From contig CAYYOK010000003.1 of the NCBI GenBank assembly GCA_964473205.1, forward strand, positions 22,417 through 86,416: a DNA stretch of 64,000 nucleotides, given 5' to 3'. Shown one piece after another: positions 39,245-49,428 of this stretch (positions within the stretch are counted from its first letter, which is position 1; each line of letters starts with the position of its first letter). The notes below the pieces were generated by a model. It was given only the letters and a program-made list of their open reading frames with translations, was not told the origin of the DNA and searched no databases. This DNA is from an uncultured bacterium (lineage in GTDB: Bacteria; Deinococcota; Deinococci; Deinococcales; Trueperaceae). The translations under genes and the position numbers were made by a program.

Positions 39245-41077
39245 TCATCGCGGTTGCGTCACGACATCGATCAAGGCGGGCAGCCGCTTGGTCTTCACGT
39301 AGTCGCGAGCTTCGCGCAAAGCCGGCAGCAAAGCCTCGGGCTTCTCTACCGGACCGAACCCCCGTACTCCCATCGATTCGGCCATCTTCGCGTAGTCGAT
39401 GGTTGGATTCTCTATTCGAATCCCGACGGTCTTGTTGCTGACTGGCCGGTTGCGTGTCTTTGCGACCAGCTCTTGATGGATCTCATCCGTGTAGTAGGAG
39501 CGGTTGTTGAACATGACCGTCAGCAGCGGGATCTCGTGGTGAGCGGCGGTCCACAACGCATTGGGCGTGTACATGAAGTCCCCATCGCCTTGCAGGTTTA
39601 TGCAGATCTTCCCTGTCGCCTGGTGATGGAGGGCCGCTCCAAGGCTTGCGCCCACGCCGTAACCGAGCCCTCCGCCACCACTCGGACCGAGGTACTGCCT
39701 GGGATGCTCGATCTTCCAGAGGCGTTTCACCCAGTCGGCCAGCGTGCCGTTGGTGAGCACCCACTCCTCGTCTTCCATCACCGACCAGAGGTCCGCAGCC
39801 AGGCGAGACACGGCGATGGGATGTTGATCGCGCTGCGCCCGCGCCTGCTCGCGCCACGCTGTCCGACGTCGCTCGTGTAGACCGCTGACCTTGACTCTAC
39901 GGCTCTCGATCGCCTCGGTGCCCTCCGCCCCGAGCTCGCGTACCGCAGCTCGAAGCCTATCGAGGAGCTCAGGGAGGAACTCCCCAGTGTCAGCGGAGAT
40001 GTTGACGGCAACGGGGTACAGCTTCTGATAGTCGGCCACGAAGCCGCTGGCGAGGAAGTGGTCGAGTCCCACTGTCACGATCTTGGTGCCCGGCTGCAAC
40101 ACCGTACGAGACTCCCTCGTGCTCCGGTCCGTCACCGAGAGCGCGCCGAACAGGTCCTTGACATCGAGTGCCAGCACCAGATCGCTCTCGGGCAAGACGA
40201 CCTGCTCCTCGCCCATCACGTTCATCGGGTGGGTCGTAGGCAGGTTGAACCGGTTGCCGATGTCGATCACCGGGAGCGCCAGGAGGTCAGCCAGCTCTAT
40301 CAGCCAGCCGACCGCGTTCTCGTTGCGACCGGTGTGATCAGCCAGCACCACCGGGTTCTTCGCGGCGAGCAGGTCGCTTACCAGCTCGTCGAGGAGGCGG
40401 GCGGGTGCCTGGACGGGAGAAGGCGCGGTGTATGCAGCGGCGGCTGGGACTGGCAGATCCTCATCGATCACCGCCTCCTGCAGGTCAGTGTCGATGCAGA
40501 CATAGACGGGCCCCTGCGGGAGGGTACTGGCGATGAGGCTGCCGCGAATCATCGCCTCGGCCGCAGCCGGAAGGCTGGCTGGTTGATCGTCCCACTTCAC
40601 GAAGTCTCGGATCAAGTTTCCCTGGACCAAGGCGGTGTGGTTCCAGTCGATCCTGGGGCGCCTGTGCTCAGCGTCCATCGGCCCGCCGCCGCCGATCAGA
40701 AGCATGGGAACCCGGTCCACCCAGGCATTGAAGATAGCCATGGATGCGTGCTGCAAGCCGACGATGTTGTGGATCATGCTGGCCATGACCTTGCCGGAGG
40801 CCTTAGCGTAGCCTTGGGCCATGGCTACGGCGATCTCTTCGTGCGCGCACAAGATCAGCTTGGGAGCGCCGCGACCCCCGTGGTTCACGAGCGAGTCGTG
40901 CAAGCCGCGCAACGACGCTCCAGGGTTGAGCGTCACGAACTCGATCCCGAGGTCGTTCAGTACGTCTACTATGTAGTCCGAGCCGAAGCGGAGGCTCTCA
41001 GCCTTATCCCCCGCACCGAGCGGCTCGGTTGGTCCAGCCTCGGACCCTTCTCCTTCTCCAATTGCCTTCACATCCAC
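39245..41077 (-). CDS. thiamine-diphosphate-dependent enzyme (acetolactate-synthase-large-subunit-like)
   Basis: 610 aa. N-terminal Pyr domain (LILCAHEEIAVAMAQGYAKASG) and a C-terminal PP domain with GDGDFMYTPNALWTAAHHEIPLLTVMFNN. Confidence 0.8.
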   Translation of the reverse strand: MDVKAIGEGEGSEAGPTEPLGAGDKAESLRFGSDYIVDVLNDLGIEFVTLNPGASLRGLHDSLVNHGGRGAPKLILCAHEEIAVAMAQGYAKASGKVMASMIHNIVGLQHASMAIFNAWVDRVPMLLIGGGGPMDAEHRRPRIDWNHTALVQGNLIRDFVKWDDQPASLPAAAEAMIRGSLIASTLPQGPVYVCIDTDLQEAVIDEDLPVPAAAAYTAPSPVQAPARLLDELVSDLLAAKNPVVLADHTGRNENAVGWLIELADLLALPVIDIGNRFNLPTTHPMNVMGEEQVVLPESDLVLALDVKDLFGALSVTDRSTRESRTVLQPGTKIVTVGLDHFLASGFVADYQKLYPVAVNISADTGEFLPELLDRLRAAVRELGAEGTEAIESRRVKVSGLHERRRTAWREQARAQRDQHPIAVSRLAADLWSVMEDEEWVLTNGTLADWVKRLWKIEHPRQYLGPSGGGGLGYGVGASLGAALHHQATGKICINLQGDGDFMYTPNALWTAAHHEIPLLTVMFNNRSYYTDEIHQELVAKTRNRPVSNKTVGIRIENPTIDYAKMAESMGVRGFGPVEKPEALLPALREARDYVKTKRLPALIDVVTQPR

Positions 41078-41109
41078 GGGTACGTGGCTCCTCTCTCGAC
41101 GAACGGCTG

Positions 41110-41144
41110 GTGGAGGACGCTCCGAAGTAGGGAGCGTCCTCCAC
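41110..41144. terminator. perfect 14-bp stem / 7-nt loop hairpin downstream of SBP-6
   Basis: GTGGAGGACGCTCC gaagtag GGAGCGTCCTCCAC. Lies between the SBP-6 stop (41178) and the TPP-enzyme start (41077) on the minus strand. No U-tract. Confidence 0.5.
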
Positions 41145-41177
41145 GGGCATAGAGGTGGATCTTGGAGCTCCTTGGCG

Positions 41178-42713
41178 CTAGGGAGCCTCGATCTGGATCG
41201 TCTCGCCCCAGAAGTTGTTGTTCTGGCCGTGTGCCATGCCTGTCACAGGCCCGCGCCAAGCAACCGCGAAGGCTTGGTAGGACAACGGGATGATCGGTAG
41301 GTCTTCCATCACCTGAGCGTGCGCTCGGTTGTAGAGGTCGGCTCGTACGATCAGGTCGTTGGTGCGGCGCGCCTCCAGGATGAGGTCGTCGATTACATCG
41401 TATGCCATGTAGTTGGATCCGCCTGGCGGTAGTGACGTGGACAGGAAGAGCGAGGTGAACAGCAGGTCTGGATCCGGCCGGCCGACGGAAGTCGTGTGCG
41501 CCTCGAACTCGAGGGCGTTCCGTCGGTCGAACGCAGACACGGCGTCTATCCCCTCTAGGGTCACCGTCAGTCCTATGTCTTGCCAGTTCGCGCCGACTAG
41601 CTCCGCGAGGATCGACTCGGGCGGTCGGGTCTGAAACATGATCGTGACGGGAAAACCATTCGGATAGCCGGCTTGGGCGAGCAGCTCTCGCGCCAGAGCC
41701 GGATCGTAGGCGTAGGTTGGAACCTCTCCACTATCCTCGAAGTACACGACATGGGCCGGGATCTCGAGGTTCGGGAGGGCTTGAGCGATCAGGTCCTTGT
41801 CGATCGCGTAGGCCAGCGCCTGCCTTACCAGCGGGTCGCGTGTCGGTTCGAAGTTGGGGCTGAACGCCACGTGACGCACCGACGATGGGACACTGATCAC
41901 CTCGACGGTCAGGTCGCTATCCGCCTGCAACGCTGCGATGGCCTCCGGATTGCCGCGCGTCCAGATGATCTGGAACTCGTTGCTCTGGAGAGCGGCGACC
42001 GCAACCTGCTCCTCGCCGATATGAGCGAAGGTCAGCTTGGCCACCTGCGGCGGGCCGCGGAAGTAGTCGTCGTTCGAGACGAGCACGATCTCATCCGCTG
42101 CCGTACGCTCCTGGAAGATGAACGCGCCGGTCCCGATGGGCGTCTCGTTGAACCTGTCGCCAAGGTCCTCGACCGCGGCTTTCGAGACGATGATCCCCGG
42201 TCTGTACGCGACCACCGTCGCCATGAACGAGGCGCTGGGTTCCCTGAGCGTCAGCCGGAAGGTGTAGCGATCGAGCGCCTCGACGCTGACGACATCGGAC
42301 AGTTGCGAGTAGAAGGAGGTCGTCTCATCCGTCATCTGGCGTTCGAAGCTGAACACGACATCTTCCGACGTGACCTCACCATAGCCACCGTGGAACTGGA
42401 CGCCCTGTCGCAGCACGAACGTGTACTCGAGGCCGTCATCGGAGATCTGCCAACTCTCGGCCAGATCCGCCTCGAGCTCCGCGCCGCCCGTCCCTGGGAC
42501 CCATCGGACGAGCCAATTGTAGATGTTCGGATAGATGAACCAGTCTGTCGTGTACTGCCAGTATGCCGGGTCGAAGATCCCGCCAGGTCGTCCGAAGTGA
42601 AGCCTGACCGTCAGTTCGGGACGCGAGGAATCTTGCGCTGCCGCGACTGCCAGCGGCCCTCCTAGAAGGGCGAAGCAGATCAGCCACAGCCAAAATCTCT
42701 GATGCAGTCTCAT
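41178..42713 (-). CDS. ABC transporter substrate-binding protein, family 5 (SBP-6)
   Basis: 511 aa. AAGGAG RBS, signal ...PLAVAAAQ, family-5 core. Confidence 0.85.
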   Translation of the reverse strand: MRLHQRFWLWLICFALLGGPLAVAAAQDSSRPELTVRLHFGRPGGIFDPAYWQYTTDWFIYPNIYNWLVRWVPGTGGAELEADLAESWQISDDGLEYTFVLRQGVQFHGGYGEVTSEDVVFSFERQMTDETTSFYSQLSDVVSVEALDRYTFRLTLREPSASFMATVVAYRPGIIVSKAAVEDLGDRFNETPIGTGAFIFQERTAADEIVLVSNDDYFRGPPQVAKLTFAHIGEEQVAVAALQSNEFQIIWTRGNPEAIAALQADSDLTVEVISVPSSVRHVAFSPNFEPTRDPLVRQALAYAIDKDLIAQALPNLEIPAHVVYFEDSGEVPTYAYDPALARELLAQAGYPNGFPVTIMFQTRPPESILAELVGANWQDIGLTVTLEGIDAVSAFDRRNALEFEAHTTSVGRPDPDLLFTSLFLSTSLPPGGSNYMAYDVIDDLILEARRTNDLIVRADLYNRAHAQVMEDLPIIPLSYQAFAVAWRGPVTGMAHGQNNNFWGETIQIEAP

Positions 42714-42774
42714 GTGTTCTCCTTACGCTTGGAAGCGTGTGGGATCGATTCCGTGCTGGCTTACCGGCGTGCTG

Positions 42775-44355
42775 CTACCTGACCCTGATCGTCCCGCCCC
42801 AGAAGTTGTTCACGACTCCCGGGACTATGTCCACGATCGGATCGCGCCACGCAGCCGCGAAAGCTCGATAGACGAGGGGGATTATCGGCAAGTCGGTCAT
42901 GATCTGCGTCTGTGCCTGACGGTAGAGGGCCGCGCGCAGATCAGGGTCGAGCTCGACCCGCGCCGCATCGATAAGCTCGTCGACAGCCGAATACCCTATG
43001 TAATTCGATCCGCCCGGCGGTCTGCCGCTGTTCGAGTGGAACACGTTCGAGAACAGCAGGTCGGGATCGCCCGGCCGGGCCGTGGCGGAGAAGGTGATGT
43101 CGAAATCGCCGGTGTTGCGTCGGTCGAAGGCCGCGGTGAGCTCGGTGGGCTCCTCCACGACATCGAGTCCGATCGCTCTCCAGTTCTCGGCCATGATGGC
43201 TGCGAGCGTCGCCTCGGTGGCTGATGTCGCGTGCATGAGTCTGACCGTGAAGCCATTGGGATAGCCGGCTTCCTCTAGCAACCGAATCGCAGTTGCCGGA
43301 TCGTACGGATAGGTCGGCACCTCATCCGGCGAAACGCCCCCGTACATCGTGTCAGGACGCGCGACGTAGGCCGCTTCGTCAAGGCCGGGAAGGGCTTGCA
43401 TGAACAGGTCGCGGTTGAGGGCATGCGCCATCGCCCTTCTGACGAGCACGTTCTGAACCGGCTCGAAGAATGGGCTGAACTGCACCTGCAGGAGGTTGTC
43501 ATACTGGATACGGCGTTCGACGCGAATCTCGGGGTTCTCCTGGAGTTGCTGCACCACCTCGGGATTGCCTCGCGTCTGGATGAAGTGAAGCTCGCCGCTC
43601 GCTAGTGCGGCCGCGACCACGGCCTCTTCGCCAACATGCACGAACCGGATCGAACCGGCCGCGGGAACACCCTCGAAGTAATCCATATGCGCTTCCACCA
43701 CGACCTCGTCAGCCTGGTTGATGCCGCGCAAGACGTACGGGCCAGTGCCAACAGGAAGGTTCGTGAACTCGCTTCCGCGCTCCTCGACGGCTGCCTTCGA
43801 GACGATGAATCCAGGCCGATAGGCGACTACCATCGGTAGGAACGACGGCTGAGGCTCACGCAAGGTGATCCTGACCGTCAGGTCATCGAGGGCCGTCACG
43901 CTCTCCACGTTGCTGAGGTCCGTACCGAACGAAGCGTCCGGGTCATCGATCTGGCGCTGGTAGCTGAACACTACGTCTTCCGCCGTCAGCTCGCCATAGC
44001 CGTCGTGAAATTGGACCCCGCTTCTCAGATGGAAGGTGTACTCAAGACCATCGGCGGACAGCTCATAGCTCTCCGCCAGATCGGGTTCGAGCTCGCTGCC
44101 GCCGCTCCCTGGCACCCACCTGATCAGCCAGTTGAAGATCGAGGGGTAGATGAACCAATCGGAGGTGTACTGCCAGTATGCCGGGTCGTAGATGCCACCG
44201 GCCCTGCCGTAGTGGAGGCGGACCGCTAGATCCGGTCCGCTGCTCCCTCCGGAGCTTTGAGCGTGTGCCGACCGGAGGCCGGAAGGCGCTACTTGCAAGA
44301 ACAGCATTGCAAGCATCGTAAGGAGGCCGACTCTCAACCAGTGGCGTGCGTTCAA
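42775..44355 (-). CDS. ABC transporter substrate-binding protein, family 5 (SBP-7)
   Basis: 526 aa. TTG start after GAGGTG. Signal ...LRSAHAQ, family-5 core. Confidence 0.85.
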   Translation of the reverse strand: MNARHWLRVGLLTMLAMLFLQVAPSGLRSAHAQSSGGSSGPDLAVRLHYGRAGGIYDPAYWQYTSDWFIYPSIFNWLIRWVPGSGGSELEPDLAESYELSADGLEYTFHLRSGVQFHDGYGELTAEDVVFSYQRQIDDPDASFGTDLSNVESVTALDDLTVRITLREPQPSFLPMVVAYRPGFIVSKAAVEERGSEFTNLPVGTGPYVLRGINQADEVVVEAHMDYFEGVPAAGSIRFVHVGEEAVVAAALASGELHFIQTRGNPEVVQQLQENPEIRVERRIQYDNLLQVQFSPFFEPVQNVLVRRAMAHALNRDLFMQALPGLDEAAYVARPDTMYGGVSPDEVPTYPYDPATAIRLLEEAGYPNGFTVRLMHATSATEATLAAIMAENWRAIGLDVVEEPTELTAAFDRRNTGDFDITFSATARPGDPDLLFSNVFHSNSGRPPGGSNYIGYSAVDELIDAARVELDPDLRAALYRQAQTQIMTDLPIIPLVYRAFAAAWRDPIVDIVPGVVNNFWGGTIRVR

Positions 44356-44469
44356 TCCGCACCTCGCTTCATATAAAGCTAGTGAGCACGTACAAGTGTC
44401 GGTGGTTCGACCAGCGTCAGCGAGCCTCCTCTCTTGGCACCGTTTCCCGTATGAGGGTCAAGAACTAGT

Positions 44470-44485
44470 GTATACCGTCGCATCC
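44470..44485. promoter_or_regulatory. operator-like repeat, site G (SBP-7 upstream; second hexamer degenerate)
   Basis: GTATAC cgtc GCATCC in the 243-bp gap between permease stop 44599 and SBP-7 start 44355. Confidence 0.35.
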
Positions 44486-44598
44486 GGTGAGATGCGATTG
44501 TGAACGATAGGTAATTCTGCCAGCGCGGAAGCCGCTTGCGTGCAGATAAGCGCCGCTACAGGCCTGCCACACCTCGGAGGCCTACGACCGACCAGCCC

Positions 44599-45492
44599 TT
44601 ACTTGTTCTTAGTGGCCCGCATGGTCCTCGGGTCGATCGCGTCCCGCAGCCCATCACCGAAGAGATTGAGGCCGAGCACCATCAGGCCGATCGCCAAACC
44701 ACCCGATGTGATAACCCATGGGGCTGCCTGCATGTAGTTGCGTCCGTCGCTCACGATCCGACCCCAAGTAGGAGTTGGTGGTGGAACGCCGAGTCCCAGG
44801 AAGCCCAGGCTCGCTTCTACCAGCAGAGCGGTTCCAACGTAGAAGCTCAAGGCGACAGTGGTAGGGCCCAACGTGTTGCGAAAGATGTGCTTGAAGATTA
44901 TGTGGTAGGTCCTGCCACCCAGCGCCTTGCCTGCTTCCACGTACTCCAGTTGCGCGACCTTGAGGACCTCGCCTCTGACCACGCGCGCCACCCTGGGCCA
45001 CACCGCCAACGCGATCGCGAAGATGAGGTTGGTCAGGCCCGGGCCCAGAGTCGCGATCATCACCAGAGCGAAGAGTTCCATCGGGAACGCCAGGAACGTG
45101 TCGATGGTGAACACGACCGCGCGGTCGACTCGGCCTTGGAGGTAGCCGGCCAGGACGCCCGCGAGATAGCCCACGACGCCGCCGACCACGATGGCACCCA
45201 CCGCGATGGCGATCGAGTAACGCGCTCCATAGAGGATGCGCGTGAAGATGTCCCGCCCGAGGTGGTCGGTTCCGAGGTAATGCTCGGCGCTGGGTGGCCG
45301 TAGGCGAGCCGCCGGCGCGATCTGATTCGGCTCATACGGCGTAAGCAGCGGACCTATCGTGGTGATCACCACGAAGAAGGCAAGAATCACGACGCCGGCC
45401 ACTAGGTTCCGGTGCCTCGCCGCGCGCAGAAGCCGGGTCGTCAGCGACAGGTTGGCGTCGCGAGATGGATCGGAAGTGGGAGCTGAGTCCAC
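44599..45492 (-). CDS. ABC transporter permease, DppC/OppC type (second set)
   Basis: 297 aa. YLGTDHLGRDIFTRILYGARYS and a VVRGEVLKVAQLEYVEAGKALG loop. Confidence 0.9.
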   Translation of the reverse strand: MDSAPTSDPSRDANLSLTTRLLRAARHRNLVAGVVILAFFVVITTIGPLLTPYEPNQIAPAARLRPPSAEHYLGTDHLGRDIFTRILYGARYSIAIAVGAIVVGGVVGYLAGVLAGYLQGRVDRAVVFTIDTFLAFPMELFALVMIATLGPGLTNLIFAIALAVWPRVARVVRGEVLKVAQLEYVEAGKALGGRTYHIIFKHIFRNTLGPTTVALSFYVGTALLVEASLGFLGLGVPPPTPTWGRIVSDGRNYMQAAPWVITSGGLAIGLMVLGLNLFGDGLRDAIDPRTMRATKNK

Positions 45493-45502
45493 GATATACC
45501 CC

Positions 45503-46456
45503 TCAGGAGTACCTGATGCGCGGGTTCAGGATTCCGTAAGTGATGTCGACGAGCAGGTTGACGATGAAGACACCGGCGGCGAACACGAGCACTCCCGCTT
45601 GAGTCATCACGTAGTCCCGTTGGGTGATCGACTCCACCAGCAGGCTTCCCATCCCGATTCGACCGAAGAGGATCTCGACGACGGCGGAACCTCCCAGCGC
45701 TCGTCCGAGAGTCAAGCCAATGACGGTCACGACAGGGATGAGGGCATTGCGGATCGCGTGTTTGTAAGCCACCGAGAACTCGGTGACGCCCTTGCTCCTG
45801 GCCGTGCGAATGTAGTCCTCTCCCAGGACCTCGACCATCGCGCTGCGAGTCATCCTCACGATATAGGCGGCTTGAGATAGCCCGAGCGTTATCGCGGGTA
45901 GAACCAGATGTTGAAGTCGGCTGCCCAGGGTAGGTGAGCCGACCCCGAGCACCGGGAACCACCGGAGCTCCACCGCGAAGACGCTGATCAGGATCAGGCC
46001 GAACCAGAAGTTAGGCATCGAGTACACGAACACTGAGGCACTGGAGCTCACGTAGTCGATTGCGCTGCCTCGCCTCGTCGCAGCCATGATCCCTATGGGT
46101 ATGCCGAAGATCACTGCGACGAGTATCGAAGCGAAAGCGAGCTGGATCGTGAAGGGAACCTGTTGCAGCACGATCGTAAGGGCGGGTCTGTTCTTGCTGA
46201 ACGAGACGCCAAGATCCCCTGTCAACACCCGCTGCACGTAGCGAACGAATTGAACCGGAGCCGGTTGGTCTAGACCCAGCTCCCGCCTGAGATTCTGGAC
46301 GAACTGCTCCGAAACCGCAGACTCGCCACCGAGTCGCGCCAGGTAGGCGCTGACCGGATCTCCTGGCGTGGCCCGGATGAGGATGAACGCGAGGACGAGG
46401 ACGACGAACAGGAAAGGGATCGCGGAGAGTAGACGGCTGAGGATGTAGGAGGTCAT
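45503..46456 (-). CDS. ABC transporter permease, DppB/OppB type (second set)
   Basis: 317 aa. YILSRLLSAIPFLFVVLVLAFILIRATPGDP and an IVRMTRSAMVEVLGEDYIRTARSKG loop. Confidence 0.9.
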   Translation of the reverse strand: MTSYILSRLLSAIPFLFVVLVLAFILIRATPGDPVSAYLARLGGESAVSEQFVQNLRRELGLDQPAPVQFVRYVQRVLTGDLGVSFSKNRPALTIVLQQVPFTIQLAFASILVAVIFGIPIGIMAATRRGSAIDYVSSSASVFVYSMPNFWFGLILISVFAVELRWFPVLGVGSPTLGSRLQHLVLPAITLGLSQAAYIVRMTRSAMVEVLGEDYIRTARSKGVTEFSVAYKHAIRNALIPVVTVIGLTLGRALGGSAVVEILFGRIGMGSLLVESITQRDYVMTQAGVLVFAAGVFIVNLLVDITYGILNPRIRYS

Positions 46457-46524
46457 GTCAATCCATCCCTACATTGCGTCTGGCTGGAGGCAGGCTGCGG
46501 CGCATCAGATCTGGTAACCCGGAA

Positions 46525-46932
46525 TCAAGTCCCGGTCTTCTCCTTCAGATACTCTTCCGCCGCCTGCACCGCCCGCATACCGTGATGATACGCAGGCATC
46601 CCGGCGAGCCACAGAACGATGCCGACGGCGTCATGAATCTCTTGCGGCGTCGCCCCGGCATCTACCGCGATGCGAGCGTGCCCGATCGCGTCCTTCTTCA
46701 GTGCCGACTCCACGGCGATGATGATGAGCTCTTGCACCTTCTTGCTGAGCGTTCCTTCGGGGGGCTCCTTCAACGTCGCCTTGCGAAGCAGAAAGAAGGC
46801 CTCGAGAGCATCCGGGTTGTACTGCTCGAGCGACGGGACGCTGATCGGCTCTTTGCCCATCGCGTCAACGAAGTAGCGTCGGATCTCCTCGCGACGTTCC
46901 TCCCAGGTCGAGTTCTTGTTGTCGTCAGCCAC
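46525..46932 (-). CDS. carboxymuconolactone decarboxylase (AhpD-like) family protein, copy 2
   Basis: Start set at GTG 46932 by alignment with copy 1. It overlaps the upstream isochorismatase stop by 8 nt. Confidence 0.7.
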   Translation of the reverse strand: MADDNKNSTWEERREEIRRYFVDAMGKEPISVPSLEQYNPDALEAFFLLRKATLKEPPEGTLSKKVQELIIIAVESALKKDAIGHARIAVDAGATPQEIHDAVGIVLWLAGMPAYHHGMRAVQAAEEYLKEKTGT

Positions 46933-47650
46933 TGTAAGTCCTTTCAGAGCCGTCCTTCTCGGAGTCGAGACTTGTGAGATAGGCGAAGACCTCGGAGAGC
47001 GGTACCACGTCGGCATACTTGGCGTTCAAGTCGAAAAGACTGAGGAGGCGGGACGCCTGACCGCGGTCGAAGGTTCCGTCCTCCACCACCGCGACATTGA
47101 AGTTCGCGGCCGCGGCGTCGACGGCGGTGGCACGGACGCAGCCGCTCAGCGTGCCTCCGGTAAGGACTACCGTATCTATCGAGAGCCCGTTGAGCACAGA
47201 AAGCAACGGTGTCTCCGCGAACGCTGACGCATGCGGCTTCTCGATCACGAGATCTCCCACCTGAGGCGCGATCTCGGCAACGATCTGCCTGCCTTGCTCT
47301 ACCAGTTCTGGCGCCAGCTCCTCGCGTCGCTTGGGCAGCCGGCGGCGACTGCGAGCCGCACGTCCCACCGGGCCGCTCATGTTCGTGGTGTAGATGACGG
47401 GAACACGCTTATGTCGGGCCAGCTCCAGCAGGCTGGTGAGTCGATCGACCACTTCCCAGGCCTCCTCGCCGGTCGACTGGGGCCAAGAGGCTATCGATTC
47501 CAGAATCGGAGCGCGCAAGCCCACGAATGCGTAGTTCACGTCGATGACCAGCAAGGCAGGCCGAATGCCAAAACCGATCTTCTGTCCGTAGCCGGCTTCA
47601 CCGAAGACGGCTCGGTCTCGTTCGGTCAATAGCTGATCCCAAGCTGGCAT
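46925..47650 (-). CDS. isochorismatase-family hydrolase, copy 2
   Basis: Start set at MPAWDQLLTERDRAVF (GGGAGG at 47655..47660), parallel to copy 1 (MFGWETFLTERDKLL). Motifs PALLVIDVNYA and VVLTGGTLSGCVRATAVD. Confidence 0.8.
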   Translation of the reverse strand: MPAWDQLLTERDRAVFGEAGYGQKIGFGIRPALLVIDVNYAFVGLRAPILESIASWPQSTGEEAWEVVDRLTSLLELARHKRVPVIYTTNMSGPVGRAARSRRRLPKRREELAPELVEQGRQIVAEIAPQVGDLVIEKPHASAFAETPLLSVLNGLSIDTVVLTGGTLSGCVRATAVDAAAANFNVAVVEDGTFDRGQASRLLSLFDLNAKYADVVPLSEVFAYLTSLDSEKDGSERTYSG

Positions 47651-47776
47651 CTGGCCTCCCGGAGGACCGTCTGCGGTATGTCCGCTCGTGGTAGCTGCCG
47701 GACGTCCGCTCCCTGTGGTTCGGACGTCCGGTCTCATCGCGATCTGAAGTATCGGAGCTCCTAGGCCTCTCTGCCC

Positions 47777-49345
47777 TCAGTCACCCACTCCCTCTATGTC
47801 TATCGTCTCGCCCCAGAAGTTGTTGTTCAGTCCATGGGCCATGCCGAGTACCGGGGCGCGCCAGGCGGCCGTGAATGCCTGGTACGAGAGCGGGATGATC
47901 GGCAGGTCGTCCATCACGCGAGCGTGTGCTCGATCGTAGATCTGAGCTCTCGTTGCAAGGTCGCTCTCGCGCTGTCCCGCCAGGATCAGGTCATCTATCG
48001 CAGAGTACTGGAAGTAGTTCGAGCCGCCCGGAGGGACGGATGCCGAGCTGAACAAGTCGCTGAAGAGCAGGTCGGGATCGGCCGGCCGGCCGACTGACAA
48101 GATCGTAACGTCGAAGTCGAACGCGTTGCGGCGATCGAAAGCCGCTGTGGCCTCCATGCCTTGTAAGCTCACCGAGAGGCCGATCTCCTCCCAGGAGGTC
48201 CTCACGATCTCAGCGAGGATGTCCTCTGGCGACCGTGTCTGGAACATGATCGTGACGGCGAAGCCGTTCGGGTAGCCTGCCTCCGCCAACAGCTCCCTCG
48301 CACGCTCGGGGTCATAAGGGTAGGTCGCAACCTCCCCCTCACCCGCCGCGTAGACCTTGTCAGCCGGAACTTCGAGACCCGGCAGAGCCTGACTGATGAA
48401 CTCGCGGTTGATCGCGTGCGACAGCGCCTGACGTACCCTCACATCCTGAGTGGGTACGAAGGTGGGGCTCATCGCAACGTGTCTGACCGAGTCCGGCCTG
48501 AGGATCGTCTCGGTTTGGATCGCAGGATCGGCCTCCAGAGCGGCTGCAGCTTCCGGATTGCCGCGCGTCCATATGATCTGGAACTCGTTGCTTTGGATAG
48601 CTGCTACCGCCACCTGCTCTTCGCCGATGTGAGCGAAGGTCAGCGTGGCCACCTCGGGCGGTCCTCTGTAGTAGTCGTCGAAGGCGCGCAGCACTACCTC
48701 GTTGGCCGGAGTCAACGCGACGAACTCGTAAGGTCCCGTCCCGATCGGGGCCAACGAGAAGCCCTCTCCAAGCTCTTCGACAGCGGCCCTCGATACGATG
48801 ATCCCTGGGCGATAGGCGACCGTGGTCGCGAGGAAGGCCGCGTCGGGACCGGCCAGCTCAAGCCGCACCGTGTAGCGGTCCAACGCTTCGATGCTCACCA
48901 CAGATTCCAAATTCGAGTGGAACGATGCGGTCTCGTCGTCGATCTGACGTTGATAGCTGAACACCACGTCGTCGGCGCTCAGCTCGCCGTAGCCGCCGTG
49001 GAACTGGACTCCCTCGCGGAGGTGGAACGTGTACACCGTTCCGTCGTCCGATACGTCCCAGCTTTCGGCCAGGTCGGGCTCGAGGCGGTACCCGCCGGAA
49101 CCCGGCACCCATCGAACGAGCCAGTTGTAGATGTTCGGATAGACGAACCAGTCGGACGTATAGCGCCAGTAGGCTGGATCGTAGATCCCCCCGGGCGTCG
49201 CAAACTGCAGACGCGCCCGGATGTCCGGCCTCGTGTCGACACCTTCTTGCGACGTTCCAAGAGGGGTCAGCAGGACCAATATGAGCGCAATCAGTAACGG
49301 CCCTCGCATTGGCCACACGCGTCTAGGTTGCTGGCACTTGGACAT
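47777..49345 (-). CDS. ABC transporter substrate-binding protein, family 5 (SBP-8)
   Basis: 522 aa. GGAGAGGAG RBS, signal ...LTPLGTSQ, family-5 core. Confidence 0.85.
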   Translation of the reverse strand: MSKCQQPRRVWPMRGPLLIALILVLLTPLGTSQEGVDTRPDIRARLQFATPGGIYDPAYWRYTSDWFVYPNIYNWLVRWVPGSGGYRLEPDLAESWDVSDDGTVYTFHLREGVQFHGGYGELSADDVVFSYQRQIDDETASFHSNLESVVSIEALDRYTVRLELAGPDAAFLATTVAYRPGIIVSRAAVEELGEGFSLAPIGTGPYEFVALTPANEVVLRAFDDYYRGPPEVATLTFAHIGEEQVAVAAIQSNEFQIIWTRGNPEAAAALEADPAIQTETILRPDSVRHVAMSPTFVPTQDVRVRQALSHAINREFISQALPGLEVPADKVYAAGEGEVATYPYDPERARELLAEAGYPNGFAVTIMFQTRSPEDILAEIVRTSWEEIGLSVSLQGMEATAAFDRRNAFDFDVTILSVGRPADPDLLFSDLFSSASVPPGGSNYFQYSAIDDLILAGQRESDLATRAQIYDRAHARVMDDLPIIPLSYQAFTAAWRAPVLGMAHGLNNNFWGETIDIEGVGD

Positions 49346-49428
49346 GAGCTGCTCCTCTCCTTCCTAATCGACCGCTAAGCGCCCGTCTGCCCGCTGAACC
49401 GCTTCGCGGGCGGTGCGATCGGTACGCT

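Noticed and set aside
44395-44415. tRNA-like GGTTCGACC T-loop-like string; general search for tRNA/rRNA/tmRNA
   Set aside because: The flanks cannot form a T-stem or cloverleaf. No other intergenic segment showed tRNA, rRNA or tmRNA hallmarks.
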